From positions 1 through 61,262 of the forward strand of contig JAZROO010000024.1 in the NCBI GenBank assembly GCA_045648705.1: a DNA stretch of 61,262 bases, written 5' to 3'. The notes under the pieces are model-generated. The model was not told the DNA's origin and did not search any database. It was given only the letters and a program-made list of their open reading frames with translations. Positions 10,147 to 18,936 of the stretch are shown one piece after another; positions within the stretch are counted from its first letter, which is position 1; each line of letters opens with the position of its first letter. Source of the DNA: Eubacteriales bacterium (GTDB lineage: Bacteria > Bacillota > Clostridia > Oscillospirales > QAKW01). Position numbers and translations under genes: made by a program.

Positions 10147-11031
10147 ATGAAAATAAAAAGCATGACTGGATATGGCAAAGCACAAAAGGCTATAAACGGT
10201 AAAATTATCAACATTGAAATCAAATCGGTAAACCATCGCTATTTTGATTTTAACTGCCATAATGCAAAAAGTTTTTCCTTCATGGAGGATAAACTTAAGA
10301 AAACCGTCAACAGTCATATATCCAGAGGCAAAATTGATTTATATCTTTATGTTGAGTTTGTTGAGAGTGCAGCAAGTGAGGTGCTTATCAACAAGCCGCT
10401 TCTTGAAAGCTATATCAAAGCATTCAATGAGTTAAGTGAAAATTATAATTTAAGAAACATCTCGTCGGTAACAGACGTGTTTCGTATTCCTGAGGTAGTG
10501 AGCGTTCAGTGCGCGCAACTGGATGAGGAACTTCTGAGTGAAGAGATTTTGTCGGTTTTGGAAGAAACGCTTGAAACATATGATGCTATGCGTTTGGCTG
10601 AGGGACAAAGAATAGCGCAGGATTGCCTGGACAAGTTGGCAACGATTGAGCAAAATGTTCTGAAAATTGAGGCACTTGTACCGCAATCACTGAATAACTA
10701 CAAGCAACGCCTGGAAAACAAAATCAAAGAAGTTCTTGAAAATCGTGAAATCGATGAGCAGAGGGTGTTGACGGAAGTTGCAATTTTCTCTGACAAAATT
10801 GCAGTTGACGAGGAAATGGTCAGACTGAAAAGTCATATTGCTCAGTTTAGAGATTTCTTAAATCATTCTGAGCAACCTGTTGGTAAAAAACTTGATTTCC
10901 TGATTCAAGAAATGAATCGAGAAATTAATACAACCGGCTCCAAGTGCAATCATATTGAGATTACTTCTACAGTTCTTGAAGTAAAATCATTGATTGAAAA
11001 AATCAGAGAGCAAATTCAAAATATGGAGTAA
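10147..11031 (+). CDS. yloC: YicC/YloC family endoribonuclease
   Basis: MTGYG start, [56 protein letters not shown]. Confidence 0.95.
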   Translation: MKIKSMTGYGKAQKAINGKIINIEIKSVNHRYFDFNCHNAKSFSFMEDKLKKTVNSHISRGKIDLYLYVEFVESAASEVLINKPLLESYIKAFNELSENYNLRNISSVTDVFRIPEVVSVQCAQLDEELLSEEILSVLEETLETYDAMRLAEGQRIAQDCLDKLATIEQNVLKIEALVPQSLNNYKQRLENKIKEVLENREIDEQRVLTEVAIFSDKIAVDEEMVRLKSHIAQFRDFLNHSEQPVGKKLDFLIQEMNREINTTGSKCNHIEITSTVLEVKSLIEKIREQIQNME

Positions 11032-11035
11032 GCCT

Positions 11036-11284
11036 ATGAAGTTGATTCAAATCGGATTTGGGAATTACGTTTCGGATGCACGTATTATTTCGGTTGTCAG
11101 TCCTGATTCCGCACCAATCAAACGTATTATTCAAGACGCAAGAGACAGTGCGCTTTTAGTCGATGCAACTTATGGAAGAAAAACTCACTCAGTGTTGGTG
11201 ATGGATAGTGGACATGTTGTTCTCTCCGCCTTATCTCCGGAAACAATTGAGGGAAGGGTGAATGAGGTGATTGAAAATGAATAG
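11036..11284 (+). CDS. remA: DUF370 / RemA family regulator
   Basis: IGFGNYV...[15 protein letters not shown]...[21 protein letters not shown]; start placed at ATG 11036. Confidence 0.93.
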   Translation: MKLIQIGFGNYVSDARIISVVSPDSAPIKRIIQDARDSALLVDATYGRKTHSVLVMDSGHVVLSALSPETIEGRVNEVIENE

Positions 11285-11840
11285 AGGCTTATTGCTGGTT
11301 GTTTCCGGCCCATCGGGAGTTGGAAAAGGTACCGTTCTTGCTGAGCTGATGAAAGAAAACGATAATATTCATTATTCGGTTAGCGCCACAACACGTCAAC
11401 CACGTGAAGGTGAAGTTGACGGAGTGAATTACTTTTTTATATCTAAAGAACAATTTGAAAAAAATATTTCTGAAAACAAAATGCTGGAGTACGCTTGCTA
11501 TTGCGGTAATTATTACGGCACGCCTTTGGCGGCAGTAGAGCAAATGCGTGATGAAGGCAAGGATGTTTTGCTCGAAATCGAAGCGCAGGGTGCTATGCAG
11601 GTGCTGGATAAATGTTCGGATGCAATTTCAATTTTTATAGCGCCGCCTTCGCTTGAAGAATTGCGCAGACGATTAACCGATCGCGGTACGGAGAGTGCTC
11701 AGGTTATAGAAGAGAGAATGCGCAGAGCTAATGAGGAATTTTCGTTGTCGGAACGTTATCAGTACACCGTAGTGAATGATTGCGTTGAAACGGCAAAAGA
11801 TAAGATTAGTCAAATAATATTTAAACATAAAAACATTTAG
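11277..11840 (+). CDS. gmk: Guanylate kinase
   Basis: [42 protein letters not shown]. Confidence 0.97.
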   Translation: MNRGLLLVVSGPSGVGKGTVLAELMKENDNIHYSVSATTRQPREGEVDGVNYFFISKEQFEKNISENKMLEYACYCGNYYGTPLAAVEQMRDEGKDVLLEIEAQGAMQVLDKCSDAISIFIAPPSLEELRRRLTDRGTESAQVIEERMRRANEEFSLSERYQYTVVNDCVETAKDKISQIIFKHKNI

Positions 11841-11851
11841 GAGGAAAAACA

Positions 11852-12052
11852 ATGTTATATCCCGCAGTAAACGAACTTGAAAAGGTGACGAACAGTCGCT
11901 ATGCTTTGGTAATTTTGACAGCAAAAAGAGCTCGTCAGATTTCAGAAATTAATGAGGCAAATGATGTTTCTCAGAATATCAAGCCCGTAAAACAGGCTAT
12001 TCTGGATATCGCAGACGGTAAGGTTCGCTGTAAGCAAGTAAACGAGGACTAA
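11852..12052 (+). CDS. rpoZ: RNA polymerase omega subunit
   Basis: MLYPAVNEL...SRYALVILTAKRARQI...KPVKQAI; follows gmk. Confidence 0.93.
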   Translation: MLYPAVNELEKVTNSRYALVILTAKRARQISEINEANDVSQNIKPVKQAILDIADGKVRCKQVNED

Positions 12053-12069
12053 TTAGTAAGGACGGTTGT

Positions 12070-14481
12070 ATGGCTAAGGTCGTAAAAGTAATTATTTCTA
12101 ATATAATTAAAAAAATCGATCGGTCATACGACTATTACTATCCGTTTGATGATGATCCGATCGGTCGACGTGTGATTGTTCCGTTCGGAAAAGCAAATTC
12201 GCTTCGTAAAGCTTTGGTTACCGATTGCTATGATGCGGAATCGGCTCAAGATTTGAAGGTAGTAATTGATGTTTTGGATAGTGAACCTGTAATATCTAAG
12301 GATCAGCTGCCGTTGATAGCTTTTCTTAAAGATCGCTATTTTATTTCAAATTACCGAGCGCTTGGTTGCTTGTTGCCTGCAGGCCTTGATTTTAAGGTTG
12401 ACAAAGCATATTGCTACACCGGTGCAAACTTTGATGACAAGTATGCTGATTTGGTTGCCTTTGTAGAATCAAAACGTAAGCCTGTTGCGCTTAATTCATT
12501 TCCGCAAGAACTTCGTTCTTTAATAAAATGCGCGGTAGATGATGGCGTTTTGGCGCAACAAGTGCATGGCAAAAGAATTTTGGGTGTTCTTGCTGATAAA
12601 ATGCTTTCTTTGGCCGTTTTAAACGATGAGGCAGAACAATATTTACTTGCCTTACCCAAGCGATTTGAGGGACAAAGAGATTTGCTTCAATTGCTACTTG
12701 AGCAAAGAGTTTTATCGGTCAAGGAAGCGCTTTATATGTCCGGATGTACTGTTTCGTCGGTACATACACTTGAAAAAAATGGATTGATTCGTATCTTTTT
12801 GCAACCCCGCCTTCGCACACCATATGAAAACATTTCCAAGTCAACGGATGATGGTGCTATTTTGCTGAATGATTCTCAGCAAAAAGTCTATGATGCTATT
12901 GCACCAAGGCTTGAAGACGGAAAAAGCATTCACTTGATTCATGGTATCACCGGAAGTGGTAAAACACATATCTATATGCGACTTATGGATGATGTGTTAT
13001 CAGCCGGAAAAAGCGTTTTATTTATGGTACCTGAAATATCTCTTACACCACAGACACTTGCAAAGTTCTATGCTCGTTACGGTGAAAAAGTTGCGGTAAT
13101 ACATAGCGGTTTATCTATGGGTGAACGCTTGGATGAATGGAAAAAAATTAAAGGACTTGCTTCATCATTGGTAGTTGGTACGCGCAGTGCCGTGTTTTCG
13201 CCGATCAATAATCTTGGCTTGATTATTATGGATGAGGAACATGAACCAAGTTATAAGTCCGAAAGCGCACCGAAATATCATGCGCGTGATGTTGCCAGAT
13301 TTTTGGTGACACAAAAAAACATTCCATTGATTTTAGGATCGGCTACACCTTCGTTGGAATCATACCGCAATGCAGAAATAGGAAAGTATGAGTTGCATAC
13401 CATTTCCTCTCGATTTAACTCTCAATCACTTCCTGAAGTTGAAATGGTTGACATGCGCCATGAATATCAAAATGGAAATTTATCTTTTTTGAGTGATTCC
13501 TTGAAAGAACAACTGATCTCGACTCTGGCGCAAAAGCAACAGGCAATTTTGTTTTTAAATCGACGTGGGGCACATACAAGTGTTGTATGTCAAAATTGCG
13601 GTCACGTTCTGAAGTGTCCCAATTGTGATATTCCCATGACTTATCACTCTGCCAATAACCGTTGCATTTGTCATTTTTGCTCATATAGCATCAAGATGTT
13701 TGAAGAGTGTCCTGCTTGCGGTAATAAGCACATCAAAATGTTAGGTTTTGGTACACAAACAGTTGAAAAGGAACTTTCAAATTTGTTGCCGGATGCTAAA
13801 ATTTTGCGCATGGATATGGATACTGTTAATAATTATATTTCATATCAAACAATGCTTTCGGATTTTGCTGATGGAAAATACGATATTTTGCTTGGTACCC
13901 AAATGGTTGCAAAAGGACTAAATTTGTCGGGCGTTACACTGGTTGGCGTTTTGCAAGCAGATATGTCGCTTTATATTGATGATTTCAGAGCAGGTGAACG
14001 TACTTTTTCGCTTTTGACGCAAGTGTGCGGTCGTTCCGGAAGAGCTGAAAAGGTCGGAAGGGCCGTTATTCAATCTTATTGTCCTGAGCATGAGGTGTTA
14101 CGTTTTGCAAAAGAGCAAAACTATGGCGCTTTTTATGATTATGAAATTAAGTTTCGAAAGGCAATTAATTATCCGCCTTTTTGCGATATAGCTTTATTTA
14201 TGATTTGCGCTGATTTGCAGCAAACAGCCGAGCAAGCTTCCAATGCTCTTTTTGAACTGTTGCAGCGTCATGCAGCCGGTGATGCGGCTGATATACCGTT
14301 GCGGTTGTTAAGGCCGGGAGCACCGAGAATCGCTAAGGTAAGCGATAAGTTTCGAATGCAATTAATTGTTAAGTGTCGAAATTCTGTGAAATTTCGTCAG
14401 TTGGCAGATTTATGTATGGACGAGATTATGGCTAAATATAATGTTTTAGTTTCTGTTGATATTAACCCGCTATCATTTTAG
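12070..14481 (+). CDS. priA: Primosomal protein N'
   Basis: HGITGSGKT, VPEISLTPQ, MDEEHE, SATPS, LNRRG, four CxxC Zn knuckles, GTQMVAKG, QVCGRSGR. Confidence 0.97.
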   Translation: MAKVVKVIISNIIKKIDRSYDYYYPFDDDPIGRRVIVPFGKANSLRKALVTDCYDAESAQDLKVVIDVLDSEPVISKDQLPLIAFLKDRYFISNYRALGCLLPAGLDFKVDKAYCYTGANFDDKYADLVAFVESKRKPVALNSFPQELRSLIKCAVDDGVLAQQVHGKRILGVLADKMLSLAVLNDEAEQYLLALPKRFEGQRDLLQLLLEQRVLSVKEALYMSGCTVSSVHTLEKNGLIRIFLQPRLRTPYENISKSTDDGAILLNDSQQKVYDAIAPRLEDGKSIHLIHGITGSGKTHIYMRLMDDVLSAGKSVLFMVPEISLTPQTLAKFYARYGEKVAVIHSGLSMGERLDEWKKIKGLASSLVVGTRSAVFSPINNLGLIIMDEEHEPSYKSESAPKYHARDVARFLVTQKNIPLILGSATPSLESYRNAEIGKYELHTISSRFNSQSLPEVEMVDMRHEYQNGNLSFLSDSLKEQLISTLAQKQQAILFLNRRGAHTSVVCQNCGHVLKCPNCDIPMTYHSANNRCICHFCSYSIKMFEECPACGNKHIKMLGFGTQTVEKELSNLLPDAKILRMDMDTVNNYISYQTMLSDFADGKYDILLGTQMVAKGLNLSGVTLVGVLQADMSLYIDDFRAGERTFSLLTQVCGRSGRAEKVGRAVIQSYCPEHEVLRFAKEQNYGAFYDYEIKFRKAINYPPFCDIALFMICADLQQTAEQASNALFELLQRHAAGDAADIPLRLLRPGAPRIAKVSDKFRMQLIVKCRNSVKFRQLADLCMDEIMAKYNVLVSVDINPLSF

Positions 14482-14494
14482 TAAGGAGATAGAA

Positions 14495-14959
14495 ATGGCA
14501 CTTCGTAATGTTGTTAAAGATGATTTAGAGTTTTTAGGTAAAAAATCAAGAGAAGTGGTAGCTTTTGATGATAAACTTAAGACATTGGTCGAGGATATGA
14601 AGGAAACCTTGACACGAGAGCAAGGTGTAGGTCTTGCGGCACCGCAGGTTGGTATTTTGCGTCGTGTTTTTATTATTGATTTTGGTCAAGATGAACACGA
14701 GTATATTGAGTTTATCAACCCTGAAATTATTAAAAGCAAAGGCAAGAATACCGATTACCAAGAGGGATGTCTTTCATTTCCCGGCAGACTCTTTGTGGTT
14801 GAGAGACCGGATTATGTTAAAATCCGCGCTCGCAATGTTAAAGGTGAAGTTTTTGAAATGGAACTGGACGACTTTATGGCGCGTGCCTTTATGCACGAAA
14901 ATGACCATTTGAACGGCATTGTTATTCCTATGATTGGGAAGGAATGTGTTGAACGATGA
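14495..14959 (+). CDS. def: Peptide deformylase
   Basis: GVGLAAPQ, EGCLS, HENDHLNG; ATG 14495 after AAGGAG. Confidence 0.97.
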   Translation: MALRNVVKDDLEFLGKKSREVVAFDDKLKTLVEDMKETLTREQGVGLAAPQVGILRRVFIIDFGQDEHEYIEFINPEIIKSKGKNTDYQEGCLSFPGRLFVVERPDYVKIRARNVKGEVFEMELDDFMARAFMHENDHLNGIVIPMIGKECVER

Positions 14960-15882
14960 GAATTATGTTTATGGGAACGCCCGATTTTGCAGTTGCATCT
15001 CTTGAGGCTTTATGTGAGCACCACGATGTAATCTGCGTGGTTTCCCAACCTGATAAACCTAAGGGGCGAGGTCATAATTTGGCACCAACTGCTACTAAGA
15101 TTGTGGCGCAACAACGTGGCATTGCCGTAGAACAACCAATTTCACTGAAAGATGGTTCGTTTTTGCCGATTTTAAATAAATATCAACCGGAATTGATCGT
15201 TTCGGCGGCTTATGGCAAAATATTGCCGGATTATATTTTAGAGTATCCAAAATTTGGATGTATTAATGTACACGGCTCTTTGTTGCCCAAATATCGTGGT
15301 GCCGCCCCGATTCAGTGGGCTGTACTAAACGGAGATAAACAAAGCGGTGTGACCATAATGTACATGGCGCATGAGATGGATACGGGCGATATTATTTTAA
15401 GTAAAGCAACCGATATTGGTGAAAATGAAACCAGTGGAGAACTTTTTGAAAGGCTTAGCATATTGGGTGCCGAAGCACTTTTAGAAGCGATTGATTTACT
15501 TGAAAAAGGTGTTGTAGATAGTAAACCGCAAAAACATGATGAAGCTACATATGCACCTATGCTGGACAAATCTATTGCAAATCTCGAATTTTCAATGCCT
15601 GCAGAGAAGTTGCTGTGCTATATTCGCGGTCTCAATCCGTGGCCGATTGCCAAGTTTATGATTGGTGATGAACAGGTGAAAGTTTTTTCTGCTGTGGCAG
15701 GAAAGCCGACCGAGTTGACAGCAGGTACTATAGTTTCAATCGATAAAGAAGGACTTGCAATTGCCTGTGGTGATGGTAACAGTATTGTGATTAAACTTTT
15801 GCAACGTCCCGGCAAGAAGGCTACAGACGGTTATTCGTTTGCGCAAGGTTTACGCTTAAAAGTAGGAGATCAACTGATTTAG
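14956..15882 (+). CDS. fmt: Methionyl-tRNA formyltransferase
   Basis: FMGTPDFA, SQPDKPKGRG, INVHGSLLPKYRGAAPIQ, MDTGD. Confidence 0.97.
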   Translation: MRIMFMGTPDFAVASLEALCEHHDVICVVSQPDKPKGRGHNLAPTATKIVAQQRGIAVEQPISLKDGSFLPILNKYQPELIVSAAYGKILPDYILEYPKFGCINVHGSLLPKYRGAAPIQWAVLNGDKQSGVTIMYMAHEMDTGDIILSKATDIGENETSGELFERLSILGAEALLEAIDLLEKGVVDSKPQKHDEATYAPMLDKSIANLEFSMPAEKLLCYIRGLNPWPIAKFMIGDEQVKVFSAVAGKPTELTAGTIVSIDKEGLAIACGDGNSIVIKLLQRPGKKATDGYSFAQGLRLKVGDQLI

Positions 15883-15894
15883 TTAGGAGAAACA

Positions 15895-17151
15895 ATGGCT
15901 GATTCAAGACAAGTTGCCCTAGACGTTTTGATTTCGTGGGACAGAGATGGCAGTTACCCAAATATTTTGCTAAAAGAGAAATTGGGTTTGTTAAATGATG
16001 CCAGAGAACGTTCGTTTTGTACAAGCATAGTTTATGGTGTTATTGAAACAAAAATCAAACTTGATTATCTGATAGCAAAGGTTTCCAGCGTTCCGTTCAA
16101 AAAAATTCATATTGTAAATCGAAATGCGCTACGTATGGGCCTTTATCAGATTCTCTTTATGAATGTTCCTGTTTCTGCGGCATGTAACACTGCTGTTAAT
16201 CTTGTTAAAAAGAATGGTCAGATGCGAAGCAGTGGTTTTGTAAATGCCGTTTTAAGAAAATTATCACAACTACAAAAATCGGGTTTGTTTCCTGAGAATG
16301 ATGATATAAATTCACTCAGTGTTCGTTATTCTGTTGACCAATCTATTATCGCTTTGCTTGTAAAACAATGTGGTGTTTCATTTGTTAAGGAATATTTTGA
16401 TGCACTTGAAGAGTTGTCACCGAGTGAAACCACCATTGCTGTAAATTTGATCAAAACAAATGCTGAACAGTTGGCAAGTGAGTTGGCGGCGCAGGGCGTT
16501 GAAATTCTTGATAAAAATGAAGAATTATTAACGGTAAAATTCACCCTTGATATATCCTCGTTACCATCTTATCAAAAAGGATTGTTTCATGTGATCGGTC
16601 GTCCTTCGTTTGAGACGGCGCAGAAGTTGGATGTTAAACCCGGACAAACGGTTATTGATTTATGCAGCGCACCCGGCGGCAAAACGTTTGCCTTGGCATA
16701 CAAGATGAAAAATAAGGGAAGAATTATTGCTGCTGATATCAGTCCTGCCAAAATCGATGCCATGGAGCGCGAGGCAAAGCGCCTGGGAATAACCAATATT
16801 GAATTTCTGTGCGCTGACGGTACAAAAAGTATTTCAAACTGGGTCGGATGTGCAGATCGTGTTCTTTGCGATGTTCCTTGCAGCGGTCTTGGAATTATTC
16901 GCAAAAAGCCTGATATTCGCTATAAAGATCTTACGGGATTCTCTCTTGAGGACACCCAACGAAAGATACTTAAAAATGGTATTTCTTATTTGAAAGCAAC
17001 AGGTAAACTTGTTTATTCTACCTGTACCATTAATCCTGCTGAAAATCAGGATGTTATTTCGGCTTTTGATGATATAGTTGTTGCGCAAAAAACATTTTTG
17101 CCACAGAAAGACAGAACAGAAGGGTTTTATTACGCTTTGTTAGAAAAATAG
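15895..17151 (+). CDS. rsmB: 16S rRNA m5C967 methyltransferase
   Basis: NusB-like N-terminus (VNAVLRK), DLCSAPGGKT, DVPCSGLG, YSTCT. Confidence 0.93.
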   Translation: MADSRQVALDVLISWDRDGSYPNILLKEKLGLLNDARERSFCTSIVYGVIETKIKLDYLIAKVSSVPFKKIHIVNRNALRMGLYQILFMNVPVSAACNTAVNLVKKNGQMRSSGFVNAVLRKLSQLQKSGLFPENDDINSLSVRYSVDQSIIALLVKQCGVSFVKEYFDALEELSPSETTIAVNLIKTNAEQLASELAAQGVEILDKNEELLTVKFTLDISSLPSYQKGLFHVIGRPSFETAQKLDVKPGQTVIDLCSAPGGKTFALAYKMKNKGRIIAADISPAKIDAMEREAKRLGITNIEFLCADGTKSISNWVGCADRVLCDVPCSGLGIIRKKPDIRYKDLTGFSLEDTQRKILKNGISYLKATGKLVYSTCTINPAENQDVISAFDDIVVAQKTFLPQKDRTEGFYYALLEK

Positions 17152-17152
17152 T

Positions 17153-18181
17153 ATGATGATAGAACTTAAATCACTAAATTTAAAAGAACTTGAAGAGTTT
17201 GTCATAAACAATGGGTTTCCGAAGTTTCGTGCCAAGCAAATTTTTGAGTGGGTAAATAAGGGCGTTCGATGCTATGAGGAGATGACCAATTTACCTAAAA
17301 ACCTCATTTCCTTTTTAAATCAAAATGCCTATTTGAGTTTGCTTGAAATTGAGCAAAAATATGTTTCGGCTATTGACTCTACGGTAAAATATTTATTTCG
17401 TTTGCGTGACAATAATTTTGTCGAAAGCGTTGTGATGAAATATCATCACGGCTATACGATTTGCATTTCTTCGCAAGTTGGTTGCCGAATGGGATGTGCA
17501 TTTTGCCAATCAACAAAAGGCGGTAAAGTCAGAGACCTGAGTGCCGGTGAGATTTTGGACCAAATTATCTGCGCTGCGCATGATCTGGATATATCAATCC
17601 ATAATGTTGTGATGATGGGGATTGGCGAACCGCTTGACAATTTTGAAAACGTTGCCAAGTTTTTCGAACTTGTTAATGCAAAAGAGGGACTAAACATCGG
17701 ATACCGTCACATTTCTATCTCTACCTGCGGTGTGGTGCCTCAAATTTATCAACTCGCAAAGCTTGATATACCTATAACGCTTTCAATTTCGCTGCATGCT
17801 CCTTTTGATAACATGCGTTCTGAAATGATGCCGATTAACAGAAAATACAATATTAAAGAGCTTTTGAAGGCTTGTGCAGATTATCAGGCGGTTACAGGTC
17901 GAAGAATTTCTTATGAATATACTCTTGTAAGAGGCGTTAATGATAGTAAACAATGTGCACTTGAATTGTCAAAATTGCTAAGAGGCACATTGTGTCACGT
18001 TAATTTGATACCCGTCAACAAAATTGAAGACGGTGTGTATGATCCAACAGAAAAACAAAATATTTATACATTTCAAAATACTCTTATAAATAACGGCATT
18101 AATGCAACTGTACGTCGAACGCTTGGGGCAGATATTTCTGCTTCGTGCGGACAGTTAAGAAGTAAACGGATAAAGGGGTGA
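17153..18181 (+). CDS. rlmN: 23S rRNA m2A2503 radical SAM methyltransferase
   Basis: SSQVGCRMGCAFC, MGIGEP, SLHAP, ASCGQL. Confidence 0.96.
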   Translation: MMIELKSLNLKELEEFVINNGFPKFRAKQIFEWVNKGVRCYEEMTNLPKNLISFLNQNAYLSLLEIEQKYVSAIDSTVKYLFRLRDNNFVESVVMKYHHGYTICISSQVGCRMGCAFCQSTKGGKVRDLSAGEILDQIICAAHDLDISIHNVVMMGIGEPLDNFENVAKFFELVNAKEGLNIGYRHISISTCGVVPQIYQLAKLDIPITLSISLHAPFDNMRSEMMPINRKYNIKELLKACADYQAVTGRRISYEYTLVRGVNDSKQCALELSKLLRGTLCHVNLIPVNKIEDGVYDPTEKQNIYTFQNTLINNGINATVRRTLGADISASCGQLRSKRIKG

Positions 18182-18185
18182 TTAT

Positions 18186-18923
18186 ATGATAGTTGCTGCT
18201 AAGAGCGATATAGGAAGACAGCGTTTGGAAAATCAAGACACATATTGTTTTAAAATTCTGAATGATTATATCGCATACGGTATTGTTTGTGATGGTATGG
18301 GCGGTGCGAAAGGCGGTAAAATCGCAAGTAGCATGGCTGTTGAAACAATATCGGAAATTTTAGATCAGTTTTTCGATACCGAAAACGAGCCATATCAAAT
18401 CACTTCTTTGCTGCGAAGAGCCATACGGGTGGCAAACGACAAGATTTATCAACTGGCACAACAGGATTCTGAACTGCAAGGGATGGGAACAACCCTTGTG
18501 ATTGCAATCATGATTCGTAATGATTTGTATATCAGCAATGTTGGCGACAGTAGGGCATATTTGTTTTTTGGCGATGCAATTCAACAAATTTCTGTAGATC
18601 ATTCTGCAGTGCAAGAATTGGTTGCACAAGGCAAAATTACGCAAGATGAAGCAAAGTCACACCCACGTAAAAACATTATAACTCGAGCACTTGGTGTTGA
18701 TTCTGTGGTTGAGTTTGATTATTTTACCTATAATTTTTTGCCAAAAGATCGCGTTTTGCTATGTAGTGATGGATTGAGTAACTATTGTAGTGATGAGGTC
18801 CTTTTGTCTATTGTAAATAAACCCAGTACGCTTACTAAGACAGTTGAGTCGTTGATTGAATATGCCAACGAACAAGGCGGACAGGACAACATAACAGCAC
18901 TTTTGATTCAGCAAGATAGATAA
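18186..18923 (+). CDS. prpC: PP2C Ser/Thr protein phosphatase (PrpC/Stp1)
   Basis: VCDGMGG, GMGTT, NVGDSRAY, CSDGL, GGQDNIT; directly precedes the kinase. Confidence 0.95.
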   Translation: MIVAAKSDIGRQRLENQDTYCFKILNDYIAYGIVCDGMGGAKGGKIASSMAVETISEILDQFFDTENEPYQITSLLRRAIRVANDKIYQLAQQDSELQGMGTTLVIAIMIRNDLYISNVGDSRAYLFFGDAIQQISVDHSAVQELVAQGKITQDEAKSHPRKNIITRALGVDSVVEFDYFTYNFLPKDRVLLCSDGLSNYCSDEVLLSIVNKPSTLTKTVESLIEYANEQGGQDNITALLIQQDR

Positions 18924-18936
18924 TCTCGGAGGTTTT